From Methanobacteriota archaeon (GTDB taxonomy: Archaea > Thermoplasmatota > Poseidoniia > Poseidoniales > Poseidoniaceae): a stretch of DNA of 64,000 bases. Position numbers and translations under genes: made by a program. Below the pieces are notes generated by a model. That model saw only the letters and a program-made list of their open reading frames with translations, made no database searches and had not been told where the DNA came from. The stretch lies in assembly GCA_002715725.1 (NCBI GenBank), contig PAZU01000004.1, positions 18,580 through 82,579 on the forward strand, given 5' to 3'. Below, in pieces: positions 50,095-60,583 of the stretch (positions within the stretch are counted from its first letter, which is position 1; every line of letters starts with the position of its first letter).

Positions 50095-52107
50095 TCAGAA
50101 TTCAAACAGTGTCTTGGGTCCTTTTTTCGGTTCTGAAATCTTGTTGAACAATTTTTCTTCGCTCCAAACCTCAACATTCAGAGATTCTGCCTTTGCTAAT
50201 TTACTTCCTGCTTTCTCCCCTGCTACCAAAATATCGAGGTTGCCGCTCACGCTTCCAACTACCTTTCCACCTGAATTCTTGATTGCAAGTGCTATTTCCT
50301 TGCGAGGGCGAGAGAGTGAACCTGTAATGCAGAATGATTTGCCATCGAATACTCCTGTTGCAGATTCCGCTTCATCGGTTATTGTAATGATTTCAGACAA
50401 ATCGTCAATCAAACTTCTGCGTTTCTTGATTCCATCTCTAAAAATCGCAGCGACTTTTTCACCAATTCCCTCTATTAATGTAAGTTCATCAATCTCTCCT
50501 TCATCAACCCAAAGAAGCATTTTTTCCATTGAAGTGAAATGTTGAGAAATTGTCGTAGCCACCTCTGGCCCGATTCTTTCTATCCCTAGCGCATGAAGGA
50601 ATCTTGCTAGATTCAAATTCCTTGTTTTATCAAGTTCCTCAAGTACATTGTACGCACTTTTATCACCCATTCTTTCCAAATTGGAAATTTGTGAATGACT
50701 CAATCTATACAAATCTGCGATTGTTTTGACCAAACCATTATCCAGCAATGCTTCGATTAACTTCTCTCCAATTCCATCCATTTCTAGGGTTCTGCACCAA
50801 TAGGTCAACGCTCGTGCGGTTCTTGCATCGCATTCTAACGACATGCACCGCAAAAAGGCACCTTCCATTACCAAGTCTCTGCCGCATGCAGGACAATCTT
50901 TCGGAATCTGAATGCTCTGGATGGATAACTCTGCGCTGAATATCCTCCCATCAGCATGATTTCGGTTCTGCATATCACTTAATGACGCTTCACCCAAATT
51001 TTCAATGATTTTAGGGATCACATCACCTCTTCTAGTGATTTTCACCTTGTCGCCTATCTTGATACCTAGCCGTTCCACTTCACCAACATTATGCAAAGTC
51101 ACGTTTTCTACCGTTACTCCGCCAACCATTTGTGGGGCTATTCTTGCTACTGGAGTCACAGCACCGGTTCTTCCGGTCTGCCAATCTACTCCTAATAATA
51201 CGGAGTGTGCTTCTTGCGAAGGAAATTTCCATGCAAGGGCCCAACGAGGATGGTGGGCGGTCATTCCGAGATTTTCTCGCTGTTCTAAATTATCTAATTT
51301 GAATACAATTCCGTCTATTTCATATTCGTAAGTCGCTCGTTTAGCGCCCCATTTCGCAGTGTATTCAATCATCTCTTTTTGCGGAGTGTCGGAAGAAAAA
51401 ATCTCCCATGGAGCAGGTTCAATTCCAACTTCTTGTAGCCATGAAAGTAATTCGCTATCGTTTACCGTATCTGGACTTTCATTTGGGAATTTGACATCGT
51501 ATGCACAAAAAACCAAATCTGAAGCATCGGCCTTTCCATCCCCGTGTTTTTGCCTCAATGCCCCAGAGCACAGATTACGAGGATTTGGTGAAACTTCTCT
51601 GTATTTTTCTTCAAATACAGCTAGTGGCATAACCACTTCTCCACGCACATGACAATCAACAGGTGAATTCAATCTAGTTGGAACATTGGCTACCAGTTTG
51701 GCATTCAGTGTAACATCTTCTCCTCTCTCGCCACTGCCCCTTGTGGCTGCCCTGTAGAGGTTGCCTGCGACATATTCCAAAGATAGTGCAGACCCATCCA
51801 GTTTAGGTTGTGCGAGATATCTTTTGCCACCGAAAGTAGATTGGGTTACAAAGTGGATTATGTCATCATCTGAAGTCCCCTTATCCAATGAACGCATCGG
51901 GAACATGTGCTCGACTTTTTCAGTACCAGGAAGTGGTTCGGGGCCCACTTCGTGTAATACTGCATTGTTGGGATCCAACTCTTTCAATTCATCCCAAAGA
52001 GCGTCAAACTCAATATCCGAGATTTCAGGAGCGGAGTGATTGTAGTACAATTCTCGATGATATCTCACCGCATCGGCCAGATACTTGATTCGCTCTCCTC
52101 CGGCCAT
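50095..52107 (-). CDS. ligA: NAD-dependent DNA ligase
   Basis: HRELYY, MRSLDK, KLDG, TRGSG, DGIVFK, GRTG, Zn finger, HhH, BRCT (GSKLAKA). Confidence 0.96.
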   Translation of the reverse strand: MAGGERIKYLADAVRYHRELYYNHSAPEISDIEFDALWDELKELDPNNAVLHEVGPEPLPGTEKVEHMFPMRSLDKGTSDDDIIHFVTQSTFGGKRYLAQPKLDGSALSLEYVAGNLYRAATRGSGERGEDVTLNAKLVANVPTRLNSPVDCHVRGEVVMPLAVFEEKYREVSPNPRNLCSGALRQKHGDGKADASDLVFCAYDVKFPNESPDTVNDSELLSWLQEVGIEPAPWEIFSSDTPQKEMIEYTAKWGAKRATYEYEIDGIVFKLDNLEQRENLGMTAHHPRWALAWKFPSQEAHSVLLGVDWQTGRTGAVTPVARIAPQMVGGVTVENVTLHNVGEVERLGIKIGDKVKITRRGDVIPKIIENLGEASLSDMQNRNHADGRIFSAELSIQSIQIPKDCPACGRDLVMEGAFLRCMSLECDARTARALTYWCRTLEMDGIGEKLIEALLDNGLVKTIADLYRLSHSQISNLERMGDKSAYNVLEELDKTRNLNLARFLHALGIERIGPEVATTISQHFTSMEKMLLWVDEGEIDELTLIEGIGEKVAAIFRDGIKKRRSLIDDLSEIITITDEAESATGVFDGKSFCITGSLSRPRKEIALAIKNSGGKVVGSVSGNLDILVAGEKAGSKLAKAESLNVEVWSEEKLFNKISEPKKGPKTLFEF

Positions 52108-52138
52108 GAATATACACCTATGCCAAGGGCTATCAATG

Positions 52139-52567
52139 TCACGAAAATTCTAATCCTAAAAGTTCGACATCCGGCAATGGACAACGCGTCATAATTGCAT
52201 GTGTTAGAATACGAATATGGATTTCTGCAACTACATGGACTACACTCTGAAACATGTGACCAGCGTGGACATTATTGTCATCATCAGACCAGCAGCAATG
52301 AATATGTGTGAACGCTTTACCATCTTGTGTCCTAGCTATATTGCCCGATAAACTCACCAACTCAGAAGGAGAGGTTAGTTGCCTACGTATGTACACGCCG
52401 TCTTCATTCATGTAGCCGTACAATGTATCCCTAGTTCTCCCAATACCGCTAGTAATCGCTGCAGCATCAAATTCTACTTCGTCTGCAAGTCTTTGTAGAG
52501 ATGCGTGGATTTCGTCACCTGAGTCGATTCTGACAAACAGGTCTTCGCCGCTACGAGTCCATTCCAT
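52139..52567 (-). CDS. PPC/DUF296 domain protein
   Basis: GIG, ELVSLSGNI, HIH, AGH. Confidence 0.88.
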   Translation of the reverse strand: MEWTRSGEDLFVRIDSGDEIHASLQRLADEVEFDAAAITSGIGRTRDTLYGYMNEDGVYIRRQLTSPSELVSLSGNIARTQDGKAFTHIHCCWSDDDNNVHAGHMFQSVVHVVAEIHIRILTHAIMTRCPLPDVELLGLEFS

Positions 52568-52664
52568 GACCGTAGCGATTGGTTGGGACTCAATTATGGT
52601 TATCTCATATTTTAAGCACGGTTTGGAGACGAGCATTCTCATACTTCATGCCCCTAGCCCAAGC

Positions 52665-54437
52665 ATGAGTGAGGGGGGACCGTTCAGGAGATTGTTACGA
52701 TACATGTCTCCGCATAAAGGAACGATACGCCTCGCAACACTATGTTCTGTGCTAAACAAGATATGGGATTTAGCACCTCCTTTACTAATCGGTTTGGCAG
52801 TAGATGTAGTCGTACAAAGAGAGGAATCTTTTCTCGCTGGATTTGGAGTTGTGGATGCCTGGCACCAACTGATTCTACTGTCTGTTTTGACTTTCATCAT
52901 ATGGGGATTGGAGTCTCTGTTCGAGTACTTTTACGGTATATTGTGGAGGAATTTGGCCCAAACTGTTCAACATGAGTTGCGATTAGAAACCTTCAGTCAT
53001 GTGCAAAAACAAGGAATGGGGTGGTTCGATGAGAGACAAAAGGGAGATATTCTGGCTATCCTAAATGATGATATCAATCAGTTAGAACGATTCTTAGACA
53101 AGGGTGCTAATGACCTGTTACAGGTAACTACAACTGTGATTGTAGTAGGTGCTGTATTCCTTGCAATCTCATGGAAAGTTGCACTATTCGCAGTACTTCC
53201 GATCCCTGTTATCATTTGGGGGTCTTTCCTCTATCAGAGAAGTTTAGAGCCAAGATATGCCGAAGTTCGTAACACTGCTGGCAGATTAAACGCCTTGCTA
53301 GAAAATGATTTATCCGGCATGTCAACTATTCAATCGTTCACTGCGGAAGAAAGAGAATTGAAGCGTGTTGAAGACTTGAGTAATGAATACAGAAATGCCA
53401 ACAAGAAAGCTATCAGATTATCTGTGGCTTTCGTACCAATGATTCGAATGGCGATTCTTTGTGGCTTTACTGCAACGCTGTTACTCGGAGGATGGTTGAC
53501 TCTTGAAGGAGTGTTGGCTATTGGGGCATACTCTGTCCTTGTTTTCATGACTCAGAGATTACTATGGCCGCTAACCCGCTTGGGAGAAACGTTTGATCTC
53601 TATCAAAGGGCTATGGCTTCATCGACAAGGGTGTTGGATGTTCTTTCTTCGCCAACTGAAATCATGCAGGGTGATTTCAAACCAAATCATGAGGATATTG
53701 CAAGTTCAGATATCAAATTGAAAAATGTAAGTTTTGCATATACTGGTCGGGAAAAAGTATTCGATAAACTCGATTTGAATATCAAATCTGGAGACATAAC
53801 TGGAATTGTTGGGGCGACAGGGTCTGGAAAAACTACTCTGATTAGACTGCTACTAAGATTCGCAGAACCCAGTGAAGGAAGTATCGAATGGGCAGGAAAA
53901 TCTCTTCCTGATTGGGACCTAGAAAAATTACGCTCATCGATGTCGTTGGTAGACCAGCACATTACACTATTTCCAACCACTATTATGGAAAATATACGAT
54001 ACGGTAAACCAGATGCTTCGGATGAAGAAGTCAAGGCTGCTGGTCTAGTTGCGGAAGCATCTACCTTCATCGAAGAGTTACCAGATAATTGGGCCACTCT
54101 AGTGGGTGAAGGTGGGCATCGATTATCCGGCGGACAAAGACAACGTCTAGCAATTGCAAGAGCAGTGCTAAAAGATGCCCCTGTTCTAATCCTGGACGAA
54201 GCAACCTCTGCTGTTGATAATGAAACCGAAGCGGCTTTACAGCGCTCAATTAGTAAAATTTCTAGCGATAGGACTGCAATAATTATCGCTCACAGATTAT
54301 CAACAATCCGAAATGCTGAGAGAATAATTGTACTTGAAAATGGCAACGTTATTGAAGACGGCACGCATGAAGACTTAGTCGAAAAACGGGGCACTTACGC
54401 TCGCATGTGGGCAGTACAAACCGGAATGAAAATGTGA
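52665..54437 (+). CDS. ABC exporter, fused permease/ATPase (MsbA/MdlB-like)
   Basis: About 6 TM, GATGSGKT, LSGGQRQR, ILDEATS, IAHRLS. Confidence 0.93.
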   Translation: MSEGGPFRRLLRYMSPHKGTIRLATLCSVLNKIWDLAPPLLIGLAVDVVVQREESFLAGFGVVDAWHQLILLSVLTFIIWGLESLFEYFYGILWRNLAQTVQHELRLETFSHVQKQGMGWFDERQKGDILAILNDDINQLERFLDKGANDLLQVTTTVIVVGAVFLAISWKVALFAVLPIPVIIWGSFLYQRSLEPRYAEVRNTAGRLNALLENDLSGMSTIQSFTAEERELKRVEDLSNEYRNANKKAIRLSVAFVPMIRMAILCGFTATLLLGGWLTLEGVLAIGAYSVLVFMTQRLLWPLTRLGETFDLYQRAMASSTRVLDVLSSPTEIMQGDFKPNHEDIASSDIKLKNVSFAYTGREKVFDKLDLNIKSGDITGIVGATGSGKTTLIRLLLRFAEPSEGSIEWAGKSLPDWDLEKLRSSMSLVDQHITLFPTTIMENIRYGKPDASDEEVKAAGLVAEASTFIEELPDNWATLVGEGGHRLSGGQRQRLAIARAVLKDAPVLILDEATSAVDNETEAALQRSISKISSDRTAIIIAHRLSTIRNAERIIVLENGNVIEDGTHEDLVEKRGTYARMWAVQTGMKM

Positions 54438-54496
54438 GATTTTGTTTCTAGAAAAAATACATCTTATTATATGGAAACCAACATGGCATTAAACTG

Positions 54497-55306
54497 ATGA
54501 AATCTTCTAACCTAACTAGAACATCGAGCCTTTTGATATTGGGAACACTTGCACTGCTAACCATAAAGACAGTGTCCGCAGAAGATGCGGATGCGGCATT
54601 AGATACGACCGATATGGTCGCTGTATCTTTCTGGCTTGCAACCGCTATGATGCTTGCATCTACAGTGTTCTTCGTTCTTGAGAGAAATAACGTAGACGCA
54701 AAGTGGAAAACATCCATGACCGTTGCTGCACTTGTTACAGGTGTCGCATGGTACCATTACACTTACATGCGTGAACACTGGTCTGTAACTACAGAATCGC
54801 CTCTGGTATTGAGGTATGTAGATTGGTTGATTACCGTTCCTCTACAAGTTTCAGAGTTTTATCTGATTTTAGCAGCAGTAGGTGTAGCAACAGCAGCACT
54901 GTTCTGGAGATTGTTCGCAGCTTCAATTGTCATGTTAGTATCTGGATTCCTTGCAGAATCTGAAGCACACATCGGCTGGATAAGCAAAGATATGGTTTGG
55001 CCATTGTTCGTTCTAGGAGTTGCAGCATGGGTCTACATCATGTATGAGATCTGGAAGGGAGAAGCTAAGGAAAGTGTCAGCAAAGCTAGCGATGGTACAC
55101 AATTTGCTTTCAAAGCAATGGCATTGATTCTAACAGTTGGCTGGGCAATCTACCCAATTGGTTTCGTCCTCGGTCAGCAGTATGACAATACTGATGGATT
55201 GAACATATTGTACAACATCGCCGATGTAGTCAACAAGACCGCATTTGGAATGATGGTATGGTATGCAGCAACCATGGACACCAAAGCTTCCTCATCCGAG
55301 GAATGA
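54497..55306 (+). CDS. Proteorhodopsin, DTE proton pump, Gln at spectral tuning site
   Basis: Signal peptide, WYHY, RYVDWLITVPLQVSEF, GWAIYP, YNIADVVNK. Confidence 0.95.
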   Translation: MKSSNLTRTSSLLILGTLALLTIKTVSAEDADAALDTTDMVAVSFWLATAMMLASTVFFVLERNNVDAKWKTSMTVAALVTGVAWYHYTYMREHWSVTTESPLVLRYVDWLITVPLQVSEFYLILAAVGVATAALFWRLFAASIVMLVSGFLAESEAHIGWISKDMVWPLFVLGVAAWVYIMYEIWKGEAKESVSKASDGTQFAFKAMALILTVGWAIYPIGFVLGQQYDNTDGLNILYNIADVVNKTAFGMMVWYAATMDTKASSSEE

Positions 55307-55849
55307 TCATTCTTCTTCTTGAAGGATTGTGACTATCAGACTTGCTGCTCTATCGAGTGCATTTCTGTCGCCGCCAAGGGGTAGGGGTCCGAAAGGGCCC
55401 CACCCCTTGCGCAACAACATTATTCTCTTTCTCGGCTGTTTCCTAGCCAGTTTCAATCGATTCCATTCATATCTCTGACCATCCGCAAAAAGATGTGTGT
55501 TAGTAATCGCATATCGCTTAGGTATCAACAGCGATATCAAGTGAATTGCTAGCAATATATCCCATATCCATACCCAAATTATCGGCGTATCAGATAACTC
55601 AGCTAGCATCCATGGAAGTACCATCATTGCCCCCATGGTCAGCAAATTTGCCCATTGGCGTGACACTTCTTGTGATTGATTAGATTCCCAAGCAAAGCCA
55701 CCATTAGGTAACTCTCCAAGTTCAGGTATGTCCATCCTTTGGCGGCCTAACCACCAAGCATCCCATGCAACGATTATTGCTAGAACTGCAACACAAAACT
55801 GAGCCATTGTTTCTGGATCTGGTAATGCGCTGGTAAATTCCGCCATCAC
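55307..55849 (-). CDS. Hypothetical membrane protein (3 TM plus soluble C-terminal domain)
   Basis: Hydrophobic helices; overlap-coupled to the upstream giant gene. Confidence 0.75.
   Translation of the reverse strand: MMAEFTSALPDPETMAQFCVAVLAIIVAWDAWWLGRQRMDIPELGELPNGGFAWESNQSQEVSRQWANLLTMGAMMVLPWMLAELSDTPIIWVWIWDILLAIHLISLLIPKRYAITNTHLFADGQRYEWNRLKLARKQPRKRIMLLRKGWGPFGPLPLGGDRNALDRAASLIVTILQEEE
55375..55409 (+). terminator. GC-rich GAAA-tetraloop hairpin downstream of the rhodopsin gene (function inferred)
   Basis: CAAGGGGT-A-GGGGTCC GAAA GGGCCCC ACCCCTTG; 15 bp with one bulge and one G-U. Confidence 0.45.
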
Positions 55850-58800
55850 TGCACGTCCTGCTTCCTACGCATCAGCATGAACGCTGCTGCTCCAAGGAAA
55901 ATAAGAACAAATAACACAGTTCCAATAGAACTACTCTCTGAGTCTTCACCTGAACTGGTTCCTTCCGAGATGTCTGGAATCCCGTCTCCATCATCATCCG
56001 GGTCTACGGTAAGCCAGGTTGTTACTCCTAATGGGCAGTGTAAGTCATCGGGCTGTCCGTCATTATCTGTGTCAATACTAGCGCATGCGTCGTAAGGCCA
56101 AGCATCTCGAACGTCCAATGAGCCATCATTGTCATCATCGGTATCATAGATATCTGGCCCGCAATACAAGTTTTCTTCCTTATCAAACCAGGTTTCGGAA
56201 TTGCAAGTTAAAGTCCAATCTTCATCTGAATCTAAAAGAGTAATTTCGAAGCTAAGTGAATCGCTAGAGGTTTTACCTTGTGTATCGGTGACATCTAGCG
56301 ACAGAACATAGAATCCCGCAGGAAGATCTGTAATGTTATTCCACTCGCCCGAAAGTTGCATCATTTCGGTTTGACCAACTACTACACTCCATACAATATC
56401 TAAATCTGCATTGGCATCTAGGTCATCACTAATTACCGCTCTAATCTCAATAGGTAAACTTTCCATAATTCTAAATCCATCATCTGGAATAATAATCTCT
56501 ACTTCGGGTGCTTGATTGCCAATCATGTCAACTTGAATGACATCGCCTTCGCTAATCCCAAAGAAAAAGTTAGAATCTGTATCTGGCAAATTTTGTGCTG
56601 AAGCAATGACTCTAACCGATGAGAAATCTCGCTCTCCTGTATCATCTACAACCTTTGTTGGTAACGCTATTTGTATACTGCTTCCTTGTGCAGTTCCGGT
56701 CCAATAATCTTCCACTTCAAGGAACAGGTTTGCTTCTTGAGAATTTCCATCAAGTCTTACGTCGAAGATGTGCGTAGACCATGTTCTGATTTCTCCAAAT
56801 GATGTAGATTCCGATGTTGGTGAAACATCATACAAGTTGGCTGTAGCAGAGTCTACGTCAACTGAGCCATTTAGCGTTCCATCATAAACCATAATTGAGG
56901 CCCCATCGCTAGATATAGCAACTAATGATTCGATATCAACATCCATTAGAATCATCGGCGCCGATTCTCCATCAGTGTGCAAATCTACTCCCTTTGTACA
57001 GGAAGAGATTGTAGAATCGGAAACGACTAGAGATGCTGAAGCTCTGCCATGATGTGCAGTAATACCAGTTCCACTTCCTCCACAATCAATATTCAAGTTC
57101 GACAAACTACCTGCAGAATTATCCAAATCAATAGCAGGGGCGCCATTGATACTGACAGTGTCGATGATAATCTCCCGGTTATCAGTGCCATTCAAAGAAG
57201 TCAGGTTTAGTTCATTCATTTCGAATCCATCTAGATTATTTACAACTAAGTCTGCTCCATCAAGGTTCGATAAGTGGCCTTCCACAGCACCTAAACTAAC
57301 CGTGTCCGTTACAGTCAATCCATCAATCTCCATACCAACTCCCTGTGCCCAAATTGCATCTGAATGGCAATTTTGCATATCCACATTTTCCATAACTATT
57401 GAAATCGAACCTTGAGACTCGAAGCAGTGTGATGCTGAATCGGTGAAGGTTGTCGATGCTATGTGCAAGGTTCCTTGAGCCGAATTAGTTGTACGCAATA
57501 GTGGCTCCGCACTACTCGAGCGCGCTAGAGATGAATGACTGAATACTACATCAGCATCTCCGTTAATTGTCATTAATGGTGAGCCTTCTACCAAACTAGT
57601 TCCCAAAATCTGTACTGAAGTTTCAGCATTATCACCGACTAATAATCCTCCCCATCTCGCTCCTCCTCCCATTGATGAGATTGTTGAGAAGCCAGAGTTG
57701 AAGGTGCCTTCAACAGTAATTGTTACTTGATCAGCGATGCGTAAATGTGCACCATCGTTGACTGTCATTGTTTCGCCTTGTGGTACAACCAAATCGCTTG
57801 ACAGATGATATGGGCTCCACAATTTTTCAAGAATTAGCCACTCGTCTAGAGTGCCGCCATCAATTGTAGATGCAATGAATGTGTGCTCCATAGAACTCGA
57901 TGTGTCCCATGCCATCAAATCGGTAATCTGCCCCCATTGCATTTCTACTTGCATTAGCCCCGTCGTAATTGTTCCACTAGAATCTACGCGCAAAGCAGTA
58001 GTTGATTTGCTAGCCTCGCCGTTAGAATCCGTAGATACGCTTTGTCCATCGATTGTTACTGTTGCGCCTTGAACAGCATCTCCTTTGTCAACAACTGAGA
58101 CATGTAGGGTGTTTACTATTTCCAGTGATGCCCCCCCTCCTACGCTTACGTTTGAAACACTACCCGAGTTGATTGTAACTTTGCAGGAATTATCTAATTG
58201 AACATCGCCAACGATATGCAAATGATACAACGTGATGTCGCTTTGACAGGAAGTCCACAGAACGTCTCCATTTATTGTTAGATTAGAACTCATTGAATCG
58301 CTAAACAGGCCTGAATGGGAAACCACATCTCCGTAGAATTGTGAATCTATTCCCTCGAAATCCCCTAATGTGTTCACTGTTAAGGATGCAGTTTCAGGGA
58401 TCTCTAAACTAGTATGCTGGAGAATCAATTGAGCATTGGATGCAATTGTAATGTTTCCTCCAGCAGTGTGCGGGGAGCCATCTTCAGTTGGGCCCAGAAC
58501 TACTACAGAGCCAGCACCAAGAACCCAATCTCCTTGTGGCATTATTGGAACTTGCATTGTGTGAGAACCGCCTTGAATACCCGTTGGAGAGGATAATGCG
58601 CCAACTCCTGCATATGTTGCAGTAATTTGTGAGCCACTTTCACTAACAGGCAGTACTGCACTTCCGCTGTTTGCTGTTCCGCTAAATCCTAGAACTTGCC
58701 AATCTGCATCGACTGGGTTTCCTGTTAAATCTTCAAAATTGATTGTCATCTCCCAAAGACGGTTGTTGGTAGTTGTAGCCAAATTGAGAGTTTGGCTAGT

Positions 58801-60414
58801 TCCATAATTTAGAATTCCATCCCCGGTTGAATCTGAGTTTAGATTGCTTGCGGATGTCCAAGACCAGACTGTAACTTCGGATTCCGAATCTATGACTCCG
58901 GCTTCCTCGTGGAAACTTGACGACCAAGTTCTCAATACTGCACTAGATGAAACCATTACCAGTCCATTATCGGATACTCGTGTTTCCAAGGAATCTGAAA
59001 CATGGATTGATGAAGAGCTACTATACAATCCCTGTTCACTAGAATCCAACAACGTCAAATCGTCGGATTGTAAAACCGATTCGTGTACCAGCATGCTATT
59101 TGCAAACCCGCTTACTGAAATTTCTTCAGCATCGATATTGCACCACCAGGATTCGATTCCCGTGCTACCGGATTCAAATTGATTGAATGGCATGTTTATG
59201 TGTAAGTCGGAGAATGTGTGTGCTCCTTGAAGAATGTCAATTCCTTTTTCTCCGCCCGTCGAAATGTTAACTACAACAGAGTCCAGAGTTGTTGCTGAAA
59301 TTCCAGAAAAGGATAATCCAAGTCTATCGGATTCAAACAGCGAATCTGTAATCGATAGAGTCCCAGTACCAGAGGCCTTGAGTGCAGAATCTGATGCTTC
59401 TATTTGCGTTGAAGTTACGATGTAATCCCCGCTACCAGCAAGTGCCATACCAATCCACGGAGCATCATAGGAATTCATGCCCGAAGAAAACTGTCCTGTC
59501 AAAGAAATATTCGATAGAGTTACAGTTCCTGATGTCCTCAAATCGATGGGCGTCTCAGGGCTATTTGCGAAGAAGGCGGCATCTGAAATTGTCAAATCGC
59601 CAGCAGACCATGAGTTAACCAATCTCTCACCAGACATATCTATGTTTGATACAGTGAATCCTGTCGAGTCGACAGATACGACTGCATTGGCGGATTCTCC
59701 CTCCATTCCGTCTACGTCACCAGTAACTCCAGAAGATATTGTGAGGGCATTTCCAACCCCTGTTGTGAACTCTAATTGTTCTACATCAGCAGTACCTCCA
59801 GTCAATGCAATACCAACGCCAGCATTACTGAATGAAGCATCTGATAACACCATATCACCACTAGAATGAATTCCTCCTGAAACATCATCGATAGTTGCTG
59901 CTGTGATGTCTAAATTACCTGTTGAGCGAATCCCGTCGTGATCAACATGGCTAATGGTTACACCATCGATAGTTGCAGAACCATCAACTTCGATTCCTAT
60001 CAAGCAATCCTCGATTGCTAGAGATTTTGCTGTTAATGTACCATCAATAATCATACAAGATTTTGCGTTTGAGATTGTTACATTATCAAGAGTTGCACTG
60101 CCAATTGAGGTTATGGTCAGTGCATCCCACACTCCCGCATTGTGAGAGCCTGGGCCTGTTGTTTGGATTGAAGACATAATTGTTGCATTGTTTGCAATTA
60201 AAGTTCCCTCTACTTCCATCCAATAGTTCTGCATGTCAATTGTTGTACCTGGTTTGATTGTTAGAGTGGTACCGTGTGAAACCGTATAATTCCCAGTCAT
60301 CGTATGGTTTCCTGATAGGTCAACATCTTGTGTTGTTACCGTATCATTTGCGATTACCACCGACAAAGAAGAGAGGGTGATTAAGGCTGCTAGCAACAAA
60401 GAACGGATTCTCAT
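55846..60414 (-). CDS. Giant surface protein with parallel beta-helix repeats, Ig/PKD-like domain, TSP3-like repeats and C-terminal TM
   Basis: Signal peptide; repeated LTIxxG...GxW modules; DxDxDG repeats; TM + RRK. Confidence 0.8.
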   Translation of the reverse strand: MRIRSLLLAALITLSSLSVVIANDTVTTQDVDLSGNHTMTGNYTVSHGTTLTIKPGTTIDMQNYWMEVEGTLIANNATIMSSIQTTGPGSHNAGVWDALTITSIGSATLDNVTISNAKSCMIIDGTLTAKSLAIEDCLIGIEVDGSATIDGVTISHVDHDGIRSTGNLDITAATIDDVSGGIHSSGDMVLSDASFSNAGVGIALTGGTADVEQLEFTTGVGNALTISSGVTGDVDGMEGESANAVVSVDSTGFTVSNIDMSGERLVNSWSAGDLTISDAAFFANSPETPIDLRTSGTVTLSNISLTGQFSSGMNSYDAPWIGMALAGSGDYIVTSTQIEASDSALKASGTGTLSITDSLFESDRLGLSFSGISATTLDSVVVNISTGGEKGIDILQGAHTFSDLHINMPFNQFESGSTGIESWWCNIDAEEISVSGFANSMLVHESVLQSDDLTLLDSSEQGLYSSSSSIHVSDSLETRVSDNGLVMVSSSAVLRTWSSSFHEEAGVIDSESEVTVWSWTSASNLNSDSTGDGILNYGTSQTLNLATTTNNRLWEMTINFEDLTGNPVDADWQVLGFSGTANSGSAVLPVSESGSQITATYAGVGALSSPTGIQGGSHTMQVPIMPQGDWVLGAGSVVVLGPTEDGSPHTAGGNITIASNAQLILQHTSLEIPETASLTVNTLGDFEGIDSQFYGDVVSHSGLFSDSMSSNLTINGDVLWTSCQSDITLYHLHIVGDVQLDNSCKVTINSGSVSNVSVGGGASLEIVNTLHVSVVDKGDAVQGATVTIDGQSVSTDSNGEASKSTTALRVDSSGTITTGLMQVEMQWGQITDLMAWDTSSSMEHTFIASTIDGGTLDEWLILEKLWSPYHLSSDLVVPQGETMTVNDGAHLRIADQVTITVEGTFNSGFSTISSMGGGARWGGLLVGDNAETSVQILGTSLVEGSPLMTINGDADVVFSHSSLARSSSAEPLLRTTNSAQGTLHIASTTFTDSASHCFESQGSISIVMENVDMQNCHSDAIWAQGVGMEIDGLTVTDTVSLGAVEGHLSNLDGADLVVNNLDGFEMNELNLTSLNGTDNREIIIDTVSINGAPAIDLDNSAGSLSNLNIDCGGSGTGITAHHGRASASLVVSDSTISSCTKGVDLHTDGESAPMILMDVDIESLVAISSDGASIMVYDGTLNGSVDVDSATANLYDVSPTSESTSFGEIRTWSTHIFDVRLDGNSQEANLFLEVEDYWTGTAQGSSIQIALPTKVVDDTGERDFSSVRVIASAQNLPDTDSNFFFGISEGDVIQVDMIGNQAPEVEIIIPDDGFRIMESLPIEIRAVISDDLDANADLDIVWSVVVGQTEMMQLSGEWNNITDLPAGFYVLSLDVTDTQGKTSSDSLSFEITLLDSDEDWTLTCNSETWFDKEENLYCGPDIYDTDDDNDGSLDVRDAWPYDACASIDTDNDGQPDDLHCPLGVTTWLTVDPDDDGDGIPDISEGTSSGEDSESSSIGTVLFVLIFLGAAAFMLMRRKQDVQ

Positions 60415-60508
60415 ATTGGCATGTAAAGCCTCATCTACCATCAATACATTGCTTCCGAGTCTCCTACGGAGACTCTTTTTTCAATACACTTAGAATAATC
60501 CCAGGCAG

Positions 60509-60583
60509 TGGGCCTGCCCAGATTTGAACTGGGGTCTGACGGCCCCCAGCCGCCAAGTATAGGCCAAGCTAACCCACAAGCCC
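60509..60583 (-). tRNA. tRNA-Pro(GGG), CCA not encoded
   Basis: GGGCTTG/CAGGCCC acceptor stem, GGCGG-CTGGGGG-CCGTC anticodon arm, TTCAAAT T-loop; usual archaeal position after rpoN. Confidence 0.93.

Noticed and set aside
54483-54497. Four-codon uORF (MALN) overlapping the rhodopsin start as TGATG
   Set aside because: TATA at -30 implies transcription starts near 54497, so the uORF would not be transcribed; likely chance
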